The position numbers and the translations under genes are program-made. The notes below the pieces were generated by a model that was not told the DNA's origin, did not search any database, and was given only the letters and a program-made list of their open reading frames with translations. A DNA stretch of 64,000 bases from Adineta vaga (taxonomy: Eukaryota; Animalia; Rotifera), in contig CP075497.1 in assembly GCA_021613535.1 (NCBI GenBank), positions 12,400,001 to 12,464,000 on the forward strand, given 5' to 3'. This document shows positions 61,177 through 64,000 of this stretch, one piece after another (within the stretch, counting starts at the first letter, position 1; each line of letters begins with the position of its first letter).

Positions 61177-62573
61177 TTTCAAAGTTTTATTTCATCATCT
61201 AAAGAAAGAAACGACAAAATCAAAAAGATTATATAAATATTTGAGAGAAATTTCTTCATTCAAGTCTAGTTACATTGGTCAGTCAATATAAATAGAGAAT
61301 GTGACTTGTCTAGACGAATACTTTCTTTTTCTTCTTCATCTTTTCTAATTAAAAGATATTTCAAGAGAAAAAGAAAAAGAAATTCTTCAATGACAGATGG
61401 ATACATTTTCTTTTACAAGGATTTCTTTCTTCTCGTTGGTCAAATCGATTTGAATAAAATATATATATATATTTTTTTTTTATTTGAACGAATAACGAAA
61501 CTTACTTGTTAATCTTACATTTTGAAAATGAATGAATTGAACAAGAATAAATCTTGTCCTCGAACATTCGTTATTGTAATCTGATTCTTTATTCTCATTC
61601 GATTTATTTACTTTCACTTCTCTCTGAAGGTGAAAGAAGAAAAGTATTGAACTTAACGGTCGACAATTCGTCAAAGAAATCTTTTCTCTCAGAAAGACAA
61701 AAAAGAAAAGAAAAAAGAAAACATCCTTGTTGACCTAGATTGAAGACAAAAGATATTCGTTTAGTTAAGGTGTAGAGATGATCAACATCAACAAAAACAA
61801 TTCTCATTCGATGTACGTGATATTTCTATACGAAAGAAAAAGAATGACCGATTGTCTGTCACGCGTCTATTCAACGAATATGAAACATATGCAAATAAAA
61901 ATAATGTGTGATGGTCAACCAAACAACACGCTTATCCCACGAACAAAACACATCGATATTTAATATATATGAATGAGTAAATCTATCTTCTTCTACGCAA
62001 CTAAATAAAAAAAAAAACGAAGAAGTAATAAATTAGTTCAGATTAAAATCTCTGTCAATTCATTAGTGACTAAATCCAAGGTTGAACAATGATGTAATCT
62101 ATTTTTTCATCTCAAAGGAAAAGATAATCAATTGGTGACCTGGCATCAGAAGAGAGTGAGAGAGAGGAAAAGAAGGTCGAGAGATGTTCTCAACATAATG
62201 AGAATTGTTCCTCGAGTAACGAATGATTATATCGATGAAATATTACATGAAGTAAAGTGTTACTTTTCATTTGATATTCAACATGATAACGAATTCAATT
62301 TCGAAGAAGAAGAAGAAAAAAATACTCTCATTAGATCTGTTTGAGGGTCATCTTTTGAAAACAGATAAATCCTTTTCTCAATATTGATCATTTATTTACA
62401 AAAGAAAAGTTTCTCATTAAATCATCGATTGTTTAATGAAAAGAAAACATCTTTGAAAAAAAGAATATTTACGTACATAGTTGACAATTATGTTCCAATT
62501 TCATGTTGTGATATGTTCAAAATCATTATACTCGTTTCTTTCTCATTCAAATTGCGTGTCTACTCGAATAGAA

Positions 62574-62666
62574 AGAGAGAGAGAGAGAGAAGTCAAAGTA
62601 TATGTTGAACTGTTCGACCGATCGGTGTAACAAACAAAGTGTGAAAAGAAAAGAAAAGAAAAGAAA
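62574..62666. repeat. (GA)n and (AAAAG)n simple repeats upstream of SHANK
   Basis: AGAGAGAGAGAGAG at ~62574-62589 and AAAAG units at ~62644-62666. Confidence 0.6.
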
Positions 62667-64000
62667 GAGAAGGAGACTTTTTTTGACCGATGTTAAATGA
62701 AGGAGAAGAAAGAAATTTTTCAAAAATTCTTAGTGACTCGTTTAAACAATTGGCATCACGTTATTTTCTATGAATGTTAAATTGTACAGTTATTTCTAAT
62801 GATAATCTTATTTGAAATAGGTTGGGGGAGTTAAGCTGATCATAATGGCATTGAATGAAAGAATAAATAAATCAGATTTCCCGTTAGATTGATGAATAAT
62901 TCAACGAATTTTATTTATGATACCTTTGTTCTCATGAGAATATTACATAATGGATTTATCTTTACTTCAAAAAATCACAATTGTTTGAATCAATAACTAT
63001 ATAAACATTGTCTTTTCATCATTGTTATCATGATTTTCACTCTGTCAACTTTCATTCTGATCGATTATCTTGACAAGATAATTGAACTTGATTTCTATTA
63101 TCAAACATTGATCAATCTATGAAGAGAAATCCATCCGAAAGATTTCTTTCATCAATAAAGATAACTTTTCTATTATCTTCATACAAACTTTAATTTGAAT
63201 AACAACAAAGAAATCTTTCATATTATAATCATAGTAAACTCAACTCCTTTCTTTTTTTGGCAATAATTTTGTATGTTAAGATTATCAAATTGATTCAGTC
63301 TATTATCCTTAGAAACGGATATAATTAATTATATCGTGCTTTTCTCCTGACTATTCTTTATAAGTGACTGCACAATTCCAACGCTGTGATATTACATTTG
63401 ACGGTATGTCTTCAGATTTTAGTTTTCAGACATTGTCACTTGGCAACCCTATTCTGACTTTTCAATGTATCTGTTTGATCTCGAAATTATGAGCGAAAAT
63501 AGATGGGTGATTGCATGAAGTCATTAAGATGTTCGTCCGTTACTTTTGTAAAATTATTTTTCTTACTTTTTTCATTTAAATTCGTTCGATATTCGAATAA
63601 TTGAAAATGAAGAACTCAGGGTTCGTTTTCAATGTTTAATTTTCGTTTCTTAAGAAAATTGAAAGACAGATGACATTTATTTTATTTATTCGACATTGTA
63701 TCAACAAAAGAAGCAAAACAGACGAATAAATAGAAAAAATAAAATCATTATAAAACGCATTACTATTGAGATTTATTGAAAATAATAAATCTATATCATG
63801 TTATTGATTAAAATATTATTATGTAAATCTAAAAGATTCACGAGAATTGTTTTATCGATCTATTGAGAAAGAAAACTTGTGATACAACATGAAATATTTA
63901 CGATTCAGAACTTTTACGAATAAAAAATATCTTACAAATAATATCATTTTCTTTTTATCAATTTTATATATCGATTTCATTCGGCTAGACACCATAACAT

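Noticed and set aside
61300-64000. Short ORFs upstream of SHANK
   Set aside because: Low-complexity F/L/K-rich chance ORFs in AT-rich non-coding or 5' intronic DNA, with no motifs.
1-64000. CRISPR array, prophage, intact transposon or telomeric repeats
   Set aside because: No regularly spaced repeat-spacer array, phage genes, intact transposase/RT ORF or telomere-like tandem array was seen.

Overview
AT-rich eukaryotic (metazoan) genomic DNA with many short (~50-60 nt) GT-AG introns. The gene content (NHL-repeat, ART-domain and FG-GAP proteins, an expanded intronless rhodopsin-like GPCR family, plant-/bacterial-type carbohydrate enzymes) points to a bdelloid rotifer; this is an inference from gene families, not a database match. 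Conserved genes: SPT5, a CNTD1/COSA-1-like cyclin, MRPL39, NF-YB, SGF11/ATXN7L3, cytoplasmic IleRS, SHANK and tRNA-Lys(CTT). Accessory genes: GH19 chitinase, decayed PL8 lyase, fucosyltransferase-like protein, membrane-anchored RNase H, two ART-domain genes and a GPCR cluster. The best candidate for an undescribed system is a receptor-like ADP-ribosyltransferase (cytoplasmic ART, TM helix, FG-GAP beta-propeller ectodomain) carrying one in-frame TGA. Other notable items are an apparently intact meiotic crossover gene (CNTD1-like), a tRNA-Lys copy split at the T-loop by a ~90-nt insert, mosaic GPCR paralogs, and many local rearrangement scars (scattered SPT5 relics, an IleRS 3' duplicate fused to a GPCR pseudogene, an intragenic templated replacement). 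Exon boundaries were read by eye and family calls come from recognised motifs; no searches were run.
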